A stretch of 28,790 nucleotides of DNA from Selaginella moellendorffii (lineage: Eukaryota; Plantae; Lycopodiophyta). Both the position numbers and the translations under genes were made by a program. Under the pieces are notes generated by a model that made no database searches, was not told the DNA's origin, and saw only the letters and a program-made list of their open reading frames with translations. The stretch spans positions 220,111 through 248,900 of the forward strand of contig NW_003314419.1 of NCBI RefSeq assembly GCF_000143415.4, written 5' to 3'. Below, in pieces: positions 11,190-22,149 of this stretch; the stretch's first letter is position 1; each line of letters starts with the position of its first letter.

Positions 11190-12411
11190 AGACTTATAGA
11201 TTTCTACAACATTTATATTAATATGTATATTACATGTTAATATAATATGTATATAACATGTTATAACTATTATCTCTAGAATTTGTTTTTTAAAACAGTT
11301 GGTATATTTATGATATGTTTCAATAATATGTTTTAATAAATTTAAAAATATAATAAAATATCATTCCTTTTTTTGTTTACATAGAAATATGAGATCTAAT
11401 TTTATAGATTTTATTTTATTTTATTTTAAATTTAAGTATCAATAATATAATATTTAATAGAAGAAATTAAATATATATTGAGAATAATGTGCAATAGTAA
11501 CATTTTACTCATAAAAGATAAGCCTAATAGTCCAGTATTTGTTTCTAAATTGAAAATATAAAATAAACTATAAAAATTAAAAATATTTAATATGACATTA
11601 AATAATGGATCCTATACAAAAAATAATTATTTTAATACATAAATATTAATAAAATCTACATGTTTATATTTAAAACATTAATATTTTTATATAATATATT
11701 AATCTGTAATCATGTCCTCCTTTATATAATTGCTGAATAATAAGTAGTGTTGAATCATTCAATAGTAATTTTTTTTATAAATTGGAATGTATAGTTTTAC
11801 TATAAAGCATTAGTAGAGATTTGTCTTAATACAATTGCATCTCTAATATAGTTATTATCTTTTGATGTACCTCTTTTCAAACACCTCTTATGTAGTGTGA
11901 GTATCTAGATAGATTTACTTATGTTTATTTGTAAATATAAATCGAGACACATAATAGAAATTCTCTTGTTCTTTATTAGACTATGAAAGTTAAAGGCAGC
12001 ATTATAGTTCAGATAAAAAAAAATAAAGCTCAGTATGTAATCAAGAAAATAATTTCCCCAAACCTATTTTTTTGGCAGTATATAATTCTTTGGTTTTGTG
12101 AAAACTCAATTGGTTTTAGATCATGGCATCAATCTTGTAGACATGTTTAGGGTTTTGTATCATTTTATAAAGGCAATAAAAAAATTCAAATTTAAATTTA
12201 ATAATGATTAAAAAATGATCTTATCTTTTCCAAAACTTGCATTTTTTATCTATTTGCATTATTGTGCATTTCTTTAGAGGTGAAGAGTAGCAAAATTAAG
12301 ATAAATTTAACTTTGTATACAATCAAAATTTCTAACATTGTAAAATTAGAAAAGAAGATGTATTTATCTTAGGTATACTATATCTCCCAGCAGAGCTGGG
12401 GTCTCTGCTAG
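11190..12411 (+). repeat. AT-rich subfamily-X subterminal repeat
   Basis: Homologous to 1-1008 and 2790-3312. Confidence 0.8.
12386..12411 (+). other. Helitron 3' terminus (hairpin + CTAG), subfamily X
   Basis: CCCAGCagaGCTGGG gtctctg CTAG t. Confidence 0.8.
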
Positions 12412-12487
12412 TACTCATATATTTAAACGAAAGAGCCAGTATAATAATAGCATATACTGGAGACACTTATTCTAGGTATATGCTGAG

Positions 12488-12503
12488 ATCTAACGGCCAG
12501 GAT
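12488..12503 (+). promoter_or_regulatory. Conserved ATCTAACGG..GAT quasi-palindrome in the 5' module (MSA/MYB-like AACGG core)
   Basis: Equivalent motifs lie at 3426-3441, 20819-20834, 25752-25767 and 28271-28286, all ~70-105 bp inside a 5' end. Function is not shown. Confidence 0.35.
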
Positions 12504-12767
12504 CTAATTGTCAAAGGTTGGAGAAAAATTTTATGTGGCTTTTTAGGGTTGGAAAAAATGCGTTCAGCGACACAAGAGGCAGCAGGCAGATGTACTCTCT
12601 CCTGGATTCTGTTCTTGCAGACTACATATTTTCCACTGGAGATTAGAATTAGATGCCTGATTCTTTGCGGATTGGCATTTTCTCTTTTTGTTTCTCAATT
12701 TATATTTTTCTCTGCCTTCCACGGATTGGTAGGTAAATCTGGAATTATGAATGCTTTTTTTCTTAGC

Positions 12768-13075
12768 ACCTCCAGCCAAGAGCAAGGAGAAGAAGAAGAC
12801 GGTGCTGCATCCTCCGGTTATTATCCTCCAGTGATTCTCAAGGAGCCACACCAAAAACTCTGGAAGAGGTTAGCAGTAGAACTTCTCATCGATTAATGGG
12901 AGGCAACTCAATATACCTGACTATAAACCATGGAGGCACTCTTCTCATAGCCCAGAAAAAATTCCAGAGAAGTGAAGAACCAATCTGGGATGACGACCAG
13001 CTCCAGCATCTGAGTCATCTCCTCTGGTTCCTCAGACGATGAGCTGCTCAAAGTCTTGTTGCTCATTCTCGTCAG
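12768..13075 (+). pseudogene. Unidentified exon fragment
   Basis: Bounded by ttcttAG and GTAAT. A long frame DSQGATPK..HGGTLLIAQKKFQRSEEPIWDDDQLQHLSHLLWFLRR*AAQSLVAHSRQ has a single TGA. Confidence 0.45.
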
Positions 13076-13114
13076 GTAATGTGCAGGTGTGCTACAAAAT
13101 TGAAAACTCATGTA

Positions 13115-13827
13115 GAAAAGGTTTTGTGGACAGTGAGGGTGTGAAGATTGTTAATATTTCTGTGGAAGGTCTAAGTCAAGCTACTATACATGTAGCACTA
13201 ACTCTGTGACGAAGAGCGTGTCAGATGGGTACGACTTCTTGTTTGGAGGTAAATCACTTTTTTAAATTAATCACGTATGTTACTAATCAAGTGGCATGGC
13301 AGGGTGCTGGAAAGACCTCCATATTATGCACTGTGGTGGCATAGCATGAACACTGATATCAACAATTTTTTTTCCAGACATCAAGTGTCATGAAAGCGTT
13401 TCCTGCAGTGTAGGATACATAGATTCAGTATTCAGTAGGCGTTAACTTTCAGGTAAAAATTTCTTCCTTACTCTGCTTTGATTGGTTTACCAATTGGTTC
13501 CATATAGGACCTATCATATGAAGAAGAGCAGCTGAAGAATGGTTTGTTGAGAGCAGATCCATATAAAGTCTTGACTTGGTAATTCTCGTGCACAATCTGG
13601 CTCACAAGAGTACCAGGCTACGACAACAGGCTGCCGATCACTCTCGACCAGCTCTTGGCACCCTCCTGGACGAGATCACTACTGCTGAGGTCCCTTTCGT
13701 TTTAGATCTTGCCATGAGTGCCGACTGGCATCAGCTTTCAAGCGTTACAGCCATGGACGTGTACAAGTCCACTCCCGACTTGACAAAGTCCCAGGAACTG
13801 CAGAGACTGGGACATCGTTGGAGGAAG
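13115..13827 (+). pseudogene. C-terminal P-loop region of plant lipase class 3 family protein (At3g07400-type), fragment
   Basis: EGLSQATI..LE|GAGKTSIL (Walker A split by intron 13249-13302)..VGVNFQ|DLSYEEEQL..LDLVILVHNLAHK..RPALGTLLDEITTAEVPFVL..VYKSTP is colinear with the recalled GAGKTSL..GVNLQ..DLIILVHNLSH..PALALLLDE. Stops and frameshifts are present. Confidence 0.75.
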
Positions 13828-13889
13828 GTCTCTTTTTTATATCGATTTTTTGTTTTCACCATTTTTGCAGAAAAAATTAGTGGAGATGA

Positions 13890-14298
13890 TCTGGATAAGG
13901 AGAAGTGGCGATTGATCGTTTGTAGTACCTCCAAGCATGACCTGGAAAGGGTGGTTAGTCTGAAGAGGTTAGAGTGAAATGTAACTTTGTTTTCCCAGCT
14001 AGCTTGGGCGGAGTATGGATTGATGAATTGGCTATCAGAAATATACAGAGCTATCCAAGGTTTACAGTTTGTCATGAAACTTGTTTTGCAAGTGCTGGCC
14101 CACGAGAATGGCTGGCAGCTCTTTATTCAGCGGGAGTTCCTTGTGCTGTTGCCTCCACAATGGATCAGATTAGCTGTTGGATGCACTCATCAGAATGGGT
14201 CTCGACAAGAGTGAGGCCGTTAGACACGTTGTGCATGGTTTTAATACAATAGTTGTTAACTCTAGGCAGTTGTCACAGAAGAGGATGGAATGGACTCC
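13890..14298 (+). pseudogene. HAD-superfamily hydrolase (At3g10970-type chloroplast phosphatase) fragment
   Basis: LAWAE..LSEIY / GPREWLAALYSAGVPCAVASTMD / LDALIRMGLDK / AVVTEEDGMDS matches the recalled GLRDWLDAV..IPCAVVSNLD..ALERMGL..AVVSEEDGMES. Confidence 0.75.
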
Positions 14299-14310
14299 AC
14301 CACGGATTGG

Positions 14311-14387
14311 GAGCTGGATCCTTTGTCCTGGAGGCCAGAGTGGCCACGAGCTAGATCCTTTGTCCCAGAGACTAGAGTGGCCACGAG
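14311..14387. repeat. 37-bp tandem duplication (2 copies + 3 nt)
   Basis: gagctggatcctttgtcctggaggccagagtggccac / gagctagatcctttgtcccagagactagagtggccac / gag. Confidence 0.9.
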
Positions 14388-16554
14388 ATGGAAGGGTTAA
14401 GGCTAGGGTTTATGCAGAATGTGGTGGTGGTAACACATCACAGCCGAGCACCTCTCTCTGTTCGATCACTGGTCCGCAAAGATCTTGAGGAGATCCTTCC
14501 AGCAAACGATCTTATCGATATCAATATCGAGGAGCCACTGAAAAATAATCTAGAGTAACTTCAGCCAAAGAGATTGATTGAGCTCTCCAGTTGCCAAAGA
14601 CCCGACTACCATTGCTTTGGCAGCCTCTGCTCAAGATGTCCTCTGGTGAATTCCAAATATCTTCACACCCAGCTCAACGAGCTAATCCAAGCGACGTGCT
14701 AAGTAGTGAGTGCCTCACTCTCATGCTTTCCTGTTCATTAAAGTTCCTGTTTTTCCAGTTTTATTGTTAATCCAAAGTGGAAGTTTAGCTCTTTGTTTCA
14801 CAGATTTATAAAGCTGACCTACCCAAGAGAGTTCAAAAGTCAGAGTCACGTCTCCAACTAGAGGCTTAAGTTCTGCAGCCTTGAAAACCCCAGGAAGCAA
14901 TCTTCTACTTCCGCAGAGCCTATCACCTCCACTTCACAACCACGGCCTCATTGCTCACCTGCCTCTTATTGTTTTTTTTACCTCTTCTTGTCCTTTTGGT
15001 AAGAGCAGCAGTAACAAAAGCAAGCTTCCGAAGGAAACATGTGCTCACTAGGGGAGGTCTTCTTAGCTGTTAGAGTAGAGCATAGGAAATTATACAAGGA
15101 AGGCAATCTCCAAGGAAGTATGGAGCAGTAGATGGAAGCTTTAGGCCCTTGATGTAGTTCTTTTTTATTTTTCCCAATTTTTTAGATATCACATTGCCTA
15201 GAGCTGGAATATTATAAAAGAAGGTAACAATTCATTTACAGCTAATGGATTTAAGTCCTTGCTCTGTTTTCTAGCTTTAACAGAACCCACTGATAAACTT
15301 TATAGTAATGCAAAACATTAAGAGATTACTGGGAACAATGATCTATTATTGAACCACCATGATCTATTGCTGTAATATGACCAAAGTAGGCTGAGGCTGG
15401 TTATTGTCTTATGGTGATTTTGCTCTGGTTGTGGGACATGCAATGGAATGGTATCCAATGCAACTTGGTAGCTCTGAAGATCAAGCCCTATGAAATATCA
15501 AAGAAGTATATATGAACAGTAAAGAATATAAGTATCAACCTTCATTGTGATAATTGTGTTACTAAAAAACTGTCATGGCAAACACAGATATATAACATGA
15601 AATAACAGTGTGTTACATCGAGAAACACTTAGTTTGCAAGATTAATCTTATTGTATACCAATTATTAGATGGTAGAATAAACTAGAGTATACAATATGTA
15701 TTTGGGAAAGTCTATAAATTCTAAACACATTTCAAAATTATAAAAAAAAGACTAATCTTAATGAATAACAACTATTAGATAGTAGAATATCCCAAATATC
15801 TAAGTATAATCTAGGTACATCAACTACCCTTTTCGTTTACATAAGCAAACCAAAAACATTTTATAATTATAGTATTTCTATTTATATATCAAACAGGAAT
15901 ATAAGAAACTCCATATAAAACATTCTACCTTTTCTTTGATCAAATAACCATGTAATTGTATAATTGTCTCTGACCATAAACGGTTGGGCTTTTTTAAAAT
16001 AATTCCAAAAATGTTATTGAAACACTACTAACACCACTAAAGTAACAAAATATAAATTATAATATAATATTTCTATATTGGCTTGACTAAAATTTACTAA
16101 ATATAAAGAAAGAATTCTTTGAAAGCCCAATTCTATTAAAACTTGAAAATTTAATAAGAAAGTAAAGTGAATATTTATAAAATAATTTAAAATATATTTA
16201 TTCATAAAAGAATATTTATAATATTAAAAAAAATATTTAAGTAGAATATTATCAACAAATAATATAATAATATATTATTTTTTATTTTTCATTTTAAATT
16301 ATTAAAATAATTAAATATTTCCAAATAATTATTGCACTATTATGTAGTTTCAAACAAGAATAATAATATCTTAATAAATACTTTATAATTTATGATTAAT
16401 TAAGTATTATTTTAATTTTTTAATAAAAGTGGGGTTTTTAGCTCATGATTCATCCATTAATTTTCTCCTTCTGCATATTATTATAAAAGTAGATTAATTT
16501 TTAAAAAACTATGACTAATAGTGTTATCCTTTCGATAAAGGTTTCAGAAAAGTT

Positions 16555-16657
16555 TGTTATGCATGTTATGATTAATATTAACATTTTATATATAAATATG
16601 AATATAAAATTTTAGAAATTACTAAATAACAGAAATGTACATGACACTCTCAGCAAA
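16555..16657 (+). repeat. Internal subfamily-Y 3' end truncated in the hairpin loop
   Basis: gttatgcatgttatgatt...aattactaaataacagaaatgtacatgacactctcagcaaa matches 17333-17434 and stops at the loop. Confidence 0.65.
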
Positions 16658-17329
16658 TATATATTTGGAAATTTTTATAGCTAAAACTTCTGTATCTAAC
16701 TATAAATAACTATGATGCATCAAAAAGTGTTTGTAAAATATATATTTACTCTAGAATAACTCAATCACAAAAATTATTATTAATGGTAATTGTGATCTTA
16801 TATACTGATAATTAATTCTCTATAATAGATTTATGACACATAAAAGTTAGTTCTCAATATAATGAGTTGACCAATTTAGCATTTATCCTGTGTATGAGAA
16901 ATTATTGTAGCACAGGTGGTTTTCACCCTTTATCTTATGGTGATTTACCATGATGATTTATGGTGATTTACCAAAGTTATATGACATTCCTAATTCTGCC
17001 ACCACTTAGCATCAGTGTTGTTAATGCTGCTGCTGGATGTTCAATACTGCACATAATTTGTACAATAGCAGTTGATATCTAATAGATATTCTCATTTGAT
17101 TTTTTAACTAGGGTTTGGTTAAGAACACGTGGGAACTGACTTGTCATGTCAAGAAAATGAATTGTCATATGTAAAGCTACTTATATTTCTATATCTCCAT
17201 CTAATTTCTGATACTACATTATAAAAGTTAATTACACTTGTATGATGAATGATGATATATCCCAAATTGGCAGTCTTGTCCAAACCACTAAAGGTGCTAA
17301 ATATCTCTGATGTGTGTTTTTATATTAGA

Positions 17330-17450
17330 ATTGTTATGTATGTTATGATTAGTATGAACTTTTCAAATATAAAGATGAATATGAACTTTTCAGAATTACT
17401 AAATAACAAAAATGTACATGACACTCCCAGCAAAGCTGGGACTTGTGCCT
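17330..17450 (+). repeat. Internal, defective subfamily-Y 3' end (hairpin intact, CTAG lost)
   Basis: TCCCAGCaaaGCTGGGA (17425-17441) is followed by cttgtgccttgg instead of cttttgctag. The ~100 bp upstream resembles 20660-20722 and 25550-25637. Confidence 0.7.
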
Positions 17451-18430
17451 TGGATGAGTGTGATTGAATATATTGCCAATAGCAGTAATTTTAGCATGTA
17501 GGGTTTGTTTCAGATATCTCTATTGACCATGCATTCTAGGGTTGCTAGATCACAAGTTTCTGTGACAACTCATGTTAATCACTACAAGTAGTCAGTACCT
17601 TTCTCTTTGTTAATCCATTATCAGATTCTTTGTTAATTTTTCTTTTTCTCTCTTGGCAGGATTTCTGGAAATAGCATAATCTAGCATATAATACAATGCT
17701 TGTGGAAAATGAGTATCCTCTAAGGCAGGCTTGCTCAAGAATATTTAACATAACATTAGCATAACCATACAAGTTAACAAATGGTTAACAAATGGTATGG
17801 TTAATTTTATGCAGGTTCAAACTTTAATTATAATCCTCTATATTTCATTGGCTATAACCTTTGTAAACCAAGCTCATATAAGTGTCATGATAAATAGTTA
17901 TCTCAAACATGTTGTAAACTTTATAAAGACTCAATCCAATACAGCTCACTAATAAAATAAAATAAAATAAAATAAAAACCTAATATAAAATTTAATCTCC
18001 CTCAACCACATATTTTCCTTGTATAAGAATTAAATGTCCAATATAAAACCATTGGAGCTGTGAATGTTGTAGGAAATAAAAAAAAACTTTATACATGTTA
18101 TGGCCCTTATTATTTCAGTAACATGACAAAGAAAACCTATTTTAGGTGTTGAACTCGCACTATTGATTCTTGGGTATGGGCATCAAGGAGAATGTGAAAG
18201 ATACATTGAATAGAGGTAGGCAATGCTAGAGAATTGCTATAGCAAGAGGAAGGTATGTCATGGCCAGGACCAAATCAATGTCAAGAAAGCTAGGGCAATG
18301 ATGAGGTAGGTAACTTTTCTTTGAGGTTAATAGTACATGGAATGATCCATAATAAAGTGTGTAATGGGCAGCGATGGTGATGAGATGAACAGTCTGCCTC
18401 TTGAATTCAGGGCAAATAGGTCCCTCAACC

Positions 18431-18920
18431 ATGGCAACAACAACACTAATTCCTGTATTAGATGATGATGCTGGGTATTGGTGCCTCTTGTGAGTGCCAT
18501 TATCAACCCACGGGCAAATGCATAAAATGAACAGAGTGTGGAGGAATCTTGTCTCCAGTGCCAAGTTTTATGACAATTGTTCTGTATAAGGATTGATTGA
18601 AGGTGTACTGGTGGTAACAGTGTTTCTCAAATATGGGAAAGAGGTCTTGATCATTCAATCCTAGAAGTGCCAAGAAAGTGTGGATGATTATAGTACATAG
18701 GAGAATTTGTGTGTCAAGCTCTTGACAGAAAGTTCTATATTGATCTACACATGAATCGATGGAGTTCTTTGGCATCAATGTTGTGTCCTTGAAAGTTGTG
18801 TGCATATGTGGTTATGGATGGCCAACTCTATGTAGTGGGTGGTGCTTATATGGGGACGCATCCAATAGCCAAGATACTCAATCCAGTGGATGATCAATAG
18901 GATCCTCTACCATTGCTGAT
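18431..18920 (+). pseudogene. F-box/Kelch-repeat protein pseudogene (may extend decayed to ~19450)
   Basis: F-box: MATTTLIPVLDDDAGYWCLL*VPLSTHGQM..NRVWRNLVSSAKFY. Kelch: NRWSSLASMLCP*KLCAYVVMDGQLYVVGG..ILNPVDDQ*DPLP. Multiple stops, so it is absent from the ORF track. Confidence 0.85.
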
Positions 18921-19474
18921 TTTATCCTACCCTTGTCATCAATGACAATAAAATAATTATGAAAGATAGTGGTTGCTTCTTCAGATCAACATTTGTTTTT
19001 TATTAGCACAAGATTTGTCTTGAAAAGAGATGAATATAATTGCATTGCATGGGCGACACTTCTTTGTACACTTCAAATAATTCTACAAGCCCAACATGTA
19101 TGGATTGTTGAGGCAATAACATTTGGACATTGGCTCAATGTGGTGAACACTTCTCAAGCAGATAACTACAAGCTAATGCTCTGCTCAACAAGCTGCTAGA
19201 AGAACATCTGGGCAATCTCAAGAAATTGCAAAGTTGTGTCAGTGATTCAAGATAATAGCACTGAACCAAAGTGATAGATGTTTACAATCTTGATGTGCCA
19301 TTGGTGAATACCAATGAATACCAATGAAATGTCCTTCAAGGTTAATATAATTACAGAATATGTATTAAAATATCATGGTACAGACAATCAGGTCTGCTTT
19401 GCCATACCTTCACTTTCAAAACTTTCAACATACAACCTATTAAATCTCATGCTTGAATATCTTATATATTTGTT

Positions 19475-19573
19475 TCTTAACTTTTCAAATATAAAGAAAC
19501 AGAAGAAATGAAAAGCCGAATAAGGAACTTTACCAAATTACTTAACAACTGAAATGTATATGACACTCCCAGC
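19475..19573 (+). repeat. Internal subfamily-Y 3' end truncated after the left hairpin arm
   Basis: aacttttcaaatataaaga...aattacttaacaactgaaatgtatatgacactcccagc matches 17357-17431. Confidence 0.65.
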
Positions 19574-19639
19574 TTCACTTCTGAGACTGAGATTTCTCTT
19601 TTTTCATATTATCAACAAAAGTATATACAAATTTATATG

Positions 19640-20750
19640 ACTATTAATACAATCATCAATGATTAAACATATTGAGATTTTAATTGGCTCAGATGTAGTC
19701 TAAGATTTATGTAATATCATAAATTTTCTAACATTTTTTCGAACATTGTAATTATATATGAAAAAAATAATAAGGTATAAATATCATTGAGACAACATTA
19801 GTACAAGAACCATCTAAAGAAATGTGATTCACCATCAATTGAACTTTAATTAAATTAAATCTATCTATATACCATTTATGAATTTTCTGGTATATTATAT
19901 TTTTAGAATAAAGAAAAAGTTTATATATCATCATTACCTCAGTATAGAGTAAAACCTTGCCATTCATTTATCATTATAAATTTCAGCCTTTAAAGCATTG
20001 TAACAAATCCTTAATTTTAAATATAAATCCATGAAAATAGAGAGATAATAACTTATTTTGCATTAGCATTCTCTCTATTAAAAACACATACAGAAATAAT
20101 GCTAATGATATAAAGTAGAATACTTCTAATATTAAATATTACTCTCAAAATGTAAGAATATAAGTATTAGGAATAAGGGAATATCAAAGATAAATATGTA
20201 AAATTTTGAAATTTTCCTAAAAAAATATAACACATAAAGGTAATTTCTATCACTTAGTATCATGCAATTCCAAAACCTTCAGTCTAAAGAGATGAAAAAT
20301 AAAACTCCATAAAAATGGTTATATTTTTTTAATTTTATAAGATGTATATAGTTTAAGTGAGTTTTAAATCTTTATTTTTGAAATCATTACTTAAGAAACA
20401 CATTTTTTATTAAGAGGAAAAATTGTAGATCAATTATATGGAGATTTCAAATAAAAAGTAAAGTTACCAAGCCTCAATATTTAATTGACTCATCTGGCCA
20501 TGGAATCCCACAGTGAAAAATTCCATTTATAGAAGATCATGCAGCACTCAGAGTTTTAAATGTTATATTATGTTATAAGTTAAATTTATTATATTATTTA
20601 TTATGTTATATTTGTAGAAAAGATTTTGAATATAAATATTATATTATGTTATGTTAACTATGTATGTTATAATTATGATTTCAACTTTTTGAAATACTAA
20701 AACATCAAGAATAAACACGATGGTCCCAGCGCAGCTGAGACTTTTGCTAG
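19640..20750 (+). repeat. AT-rich subfamily-Y subterminal repeat
   Basis: Homologous to ~24570-25664 (ctcagat.tagt.taagattt, ttgagacaacatta, gactcat.tggccatgg, cagagttttaaatgt). Confidence 0.8.
20723..20750 (+). other. Helitron 3' terminus (hairpin + CTAG), subfamily Y
   Basis: GTCCCAGCgcaGCTGAGAC ttttg CTAG t (one stem mismatch). Confidence 0.75.
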
Positions 20751-20943
20751 TATTTAAATAAAAGAGCCTGTATAACAATAGCATATACTGGGGATGCTTA
20801 TTCTGGGCATATGCCAAAATCTAACAGTTGAGATTAAATAATGAAGAGTTGTGACTTTTAGGATCATAAAAAATATTAAATGCCTTTTAGGGCTGGAAGG
20901 AAAGCAATGCACGAGGAGAGAGCATTGGTAGTGGGAAGGTACT

Positions 20944-20944
<1 letters not shown>

Positions 20945-21016
<72 letters not shown>
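20945..21016. repeat. Compound microsatellite (TG)12(AG)16 AA (AG)7
   Basis: Read directly from the sequence. Confidence 0.95.
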
Positions 21017-21017
<1 letters not shown>

Positions 21018-21022
21018 TGAAA

Positions 21023-21370
21023 TTGAAGAAGAAAAAAGGAATACACGTTGCCTTTGAGACAATCAAACGCGAGCTAGGGGAGTTTCAGAAACAGAAGCAG
21101 ACTGCCTTGAATCAGATCGACATCGCAATCACACTTTACATACATCAAGTAAGTTAGTATTCTCCCCTTGTCGTTGATTTCCAGCTTACTGGCGTGCCAC
21201 AGGTCGAGTATATCGAAAATGCTGCGATTCCCAAAGACCTGTCTGGTGGCCTCGTCTTTACAAATGCCTCGTTGAAGCAACTGAGAGCGACAATTGAGAG
21301 GCACGTAGCCAAGAAGGCGGCACTGAGGAGATTGCAAAAGGACCTGCGAAAGGAGTACGCCAGCAAGAGA
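21023..21370 (+). pseudogene. CFAP44: CFAP44 (WDR52) cilia/flagella-associated protein, C-terminal coiled-coil fragment; 2 exons
   Basis: ELGEFQKQKQTALNQIDIAITLYIHQ|VEYIENAAIPKDLSGGLVFTNASLKQLRATI (intron 21149-21202, in phase) matches the recalled CFAP44 segment YQREKQQRLNEL..IPLKLHQIEY..IPSDLSGTLVFSN..LRRLQERI. Confidence 0.8.
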
Positions 21371-21374
21371 TACC

Positions 21375-21840
21375 TCCTCCGCCTCTCAACATGGAGCTCT
21401 TCTTCTCCATAGCCAACCATAGCATGATGCGCCTGCAAGAACTTGGTTGAGAGGCTGCTCCAGTTGCCATGGGGATCCCATTACCGATGGAAGCAAATCC
21501 TCCAGAACATATGCATGGATCCACCTTGGCCCTGCCCAGCCAGTGGATTTGCTGAAGAGCTCGCTCATCACTTGCCTGGCAGGGAAACCTTTTCTCAGCA
21601 CGTGGATGTGATTCCAGTAAGTGCTGCAAATGTAGTCCTCCTTGAGTGCCTTGACGAATCCCGTGGACACGGCCTCCTGTCCATTGCTGGACAAATACAA
21701 ACATCTTGCTCCTATAATACATCTGACCAGGGATGACGTCCTCATAGAGCCCCAATTACTCCTCCCTTGTCACGAGGTGGAGAGATGCCTTGGCAGAGGC
21801 CGCTGTGGGGGGCGGCAGCAGCACAGCTGATCCATGGAAA
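21375..21840 (-). pseudogene. UDP-glycosyltransferase (GT1) internally deleted fragment, antisense to the element
   Basis: Across frames, in order: [47 protein letters not shown] (end of PSPG box), KFL. The core HCGWNS is missing. Confidence 0.55.
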
Positions 21841-22149
21841 TCCTGGCCCTCCTGCCCGTAAACGCGCTGCTCCTGGCTACCACACTGGAAGATTGCATAT
21901 AAGAATGTCTGCCAAACCATCCATAGCAGCATATCAGCCGTGCTACCTTTCTCCTTTCAAAGCTGATGGTTTTTGCAATGTATTGAAAATACCTGTAGTT
22001 ACTAAAAAGAACTTTGAAAACTTTTATACATATGAATTCCTCAAAAGCACTGCTGCGAGCTTAGAGTGCTAAACTATGGGTATCCATTTGGTAAGTTATT
22101 TTAATGCTTTTATTATTAGTTTTTATGTTTTATTTGTAGGTTTATTAGG

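Larger units (their letters stand above)
3321..12411 (+). mobile_element. Helitron-like non-autonomous unit U1 carrying captured gene fragments
   Basis: Starts A|TCATCATC..AAACTCTTTATTTAAAG, the same start as at 28171 but with a different upstream flank. Ends with CCCAGC-aga-GCTGGG (12386-12400) and CTAG (12408-12411)|T. Contains DNAJC16-like and CYP88 fragments. Confidence 0.7.
12412..20750 (+). mobile_element. Helitron-like non-autonomous unit U2 carrying captured gene fragments and internal dead 3' ends
   Basis: Begins TACTCATATATTTAAACGAAAGAGCC directly after the U1 CTAG. Ends with GTCCCAGC-gca-GCTGAGAC (20723-20741) and CTAG (20747-20750)|T. Confidence 0.7.

Noticed and set aside
14404-17506. 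Isolated TAGGGTTT telo-box-like motifs (~14404, ~17109, ~17499)
   Set aside because: Single copies without array or promoter context, so not distinguishable from chance.
18226-18805. Minus-strand ORFs considered as a microbial-type terpene synthase
   Set aside because: No DDxxD or NSE motifs. The + strand is a clear F-box/Kelch pseudogene.
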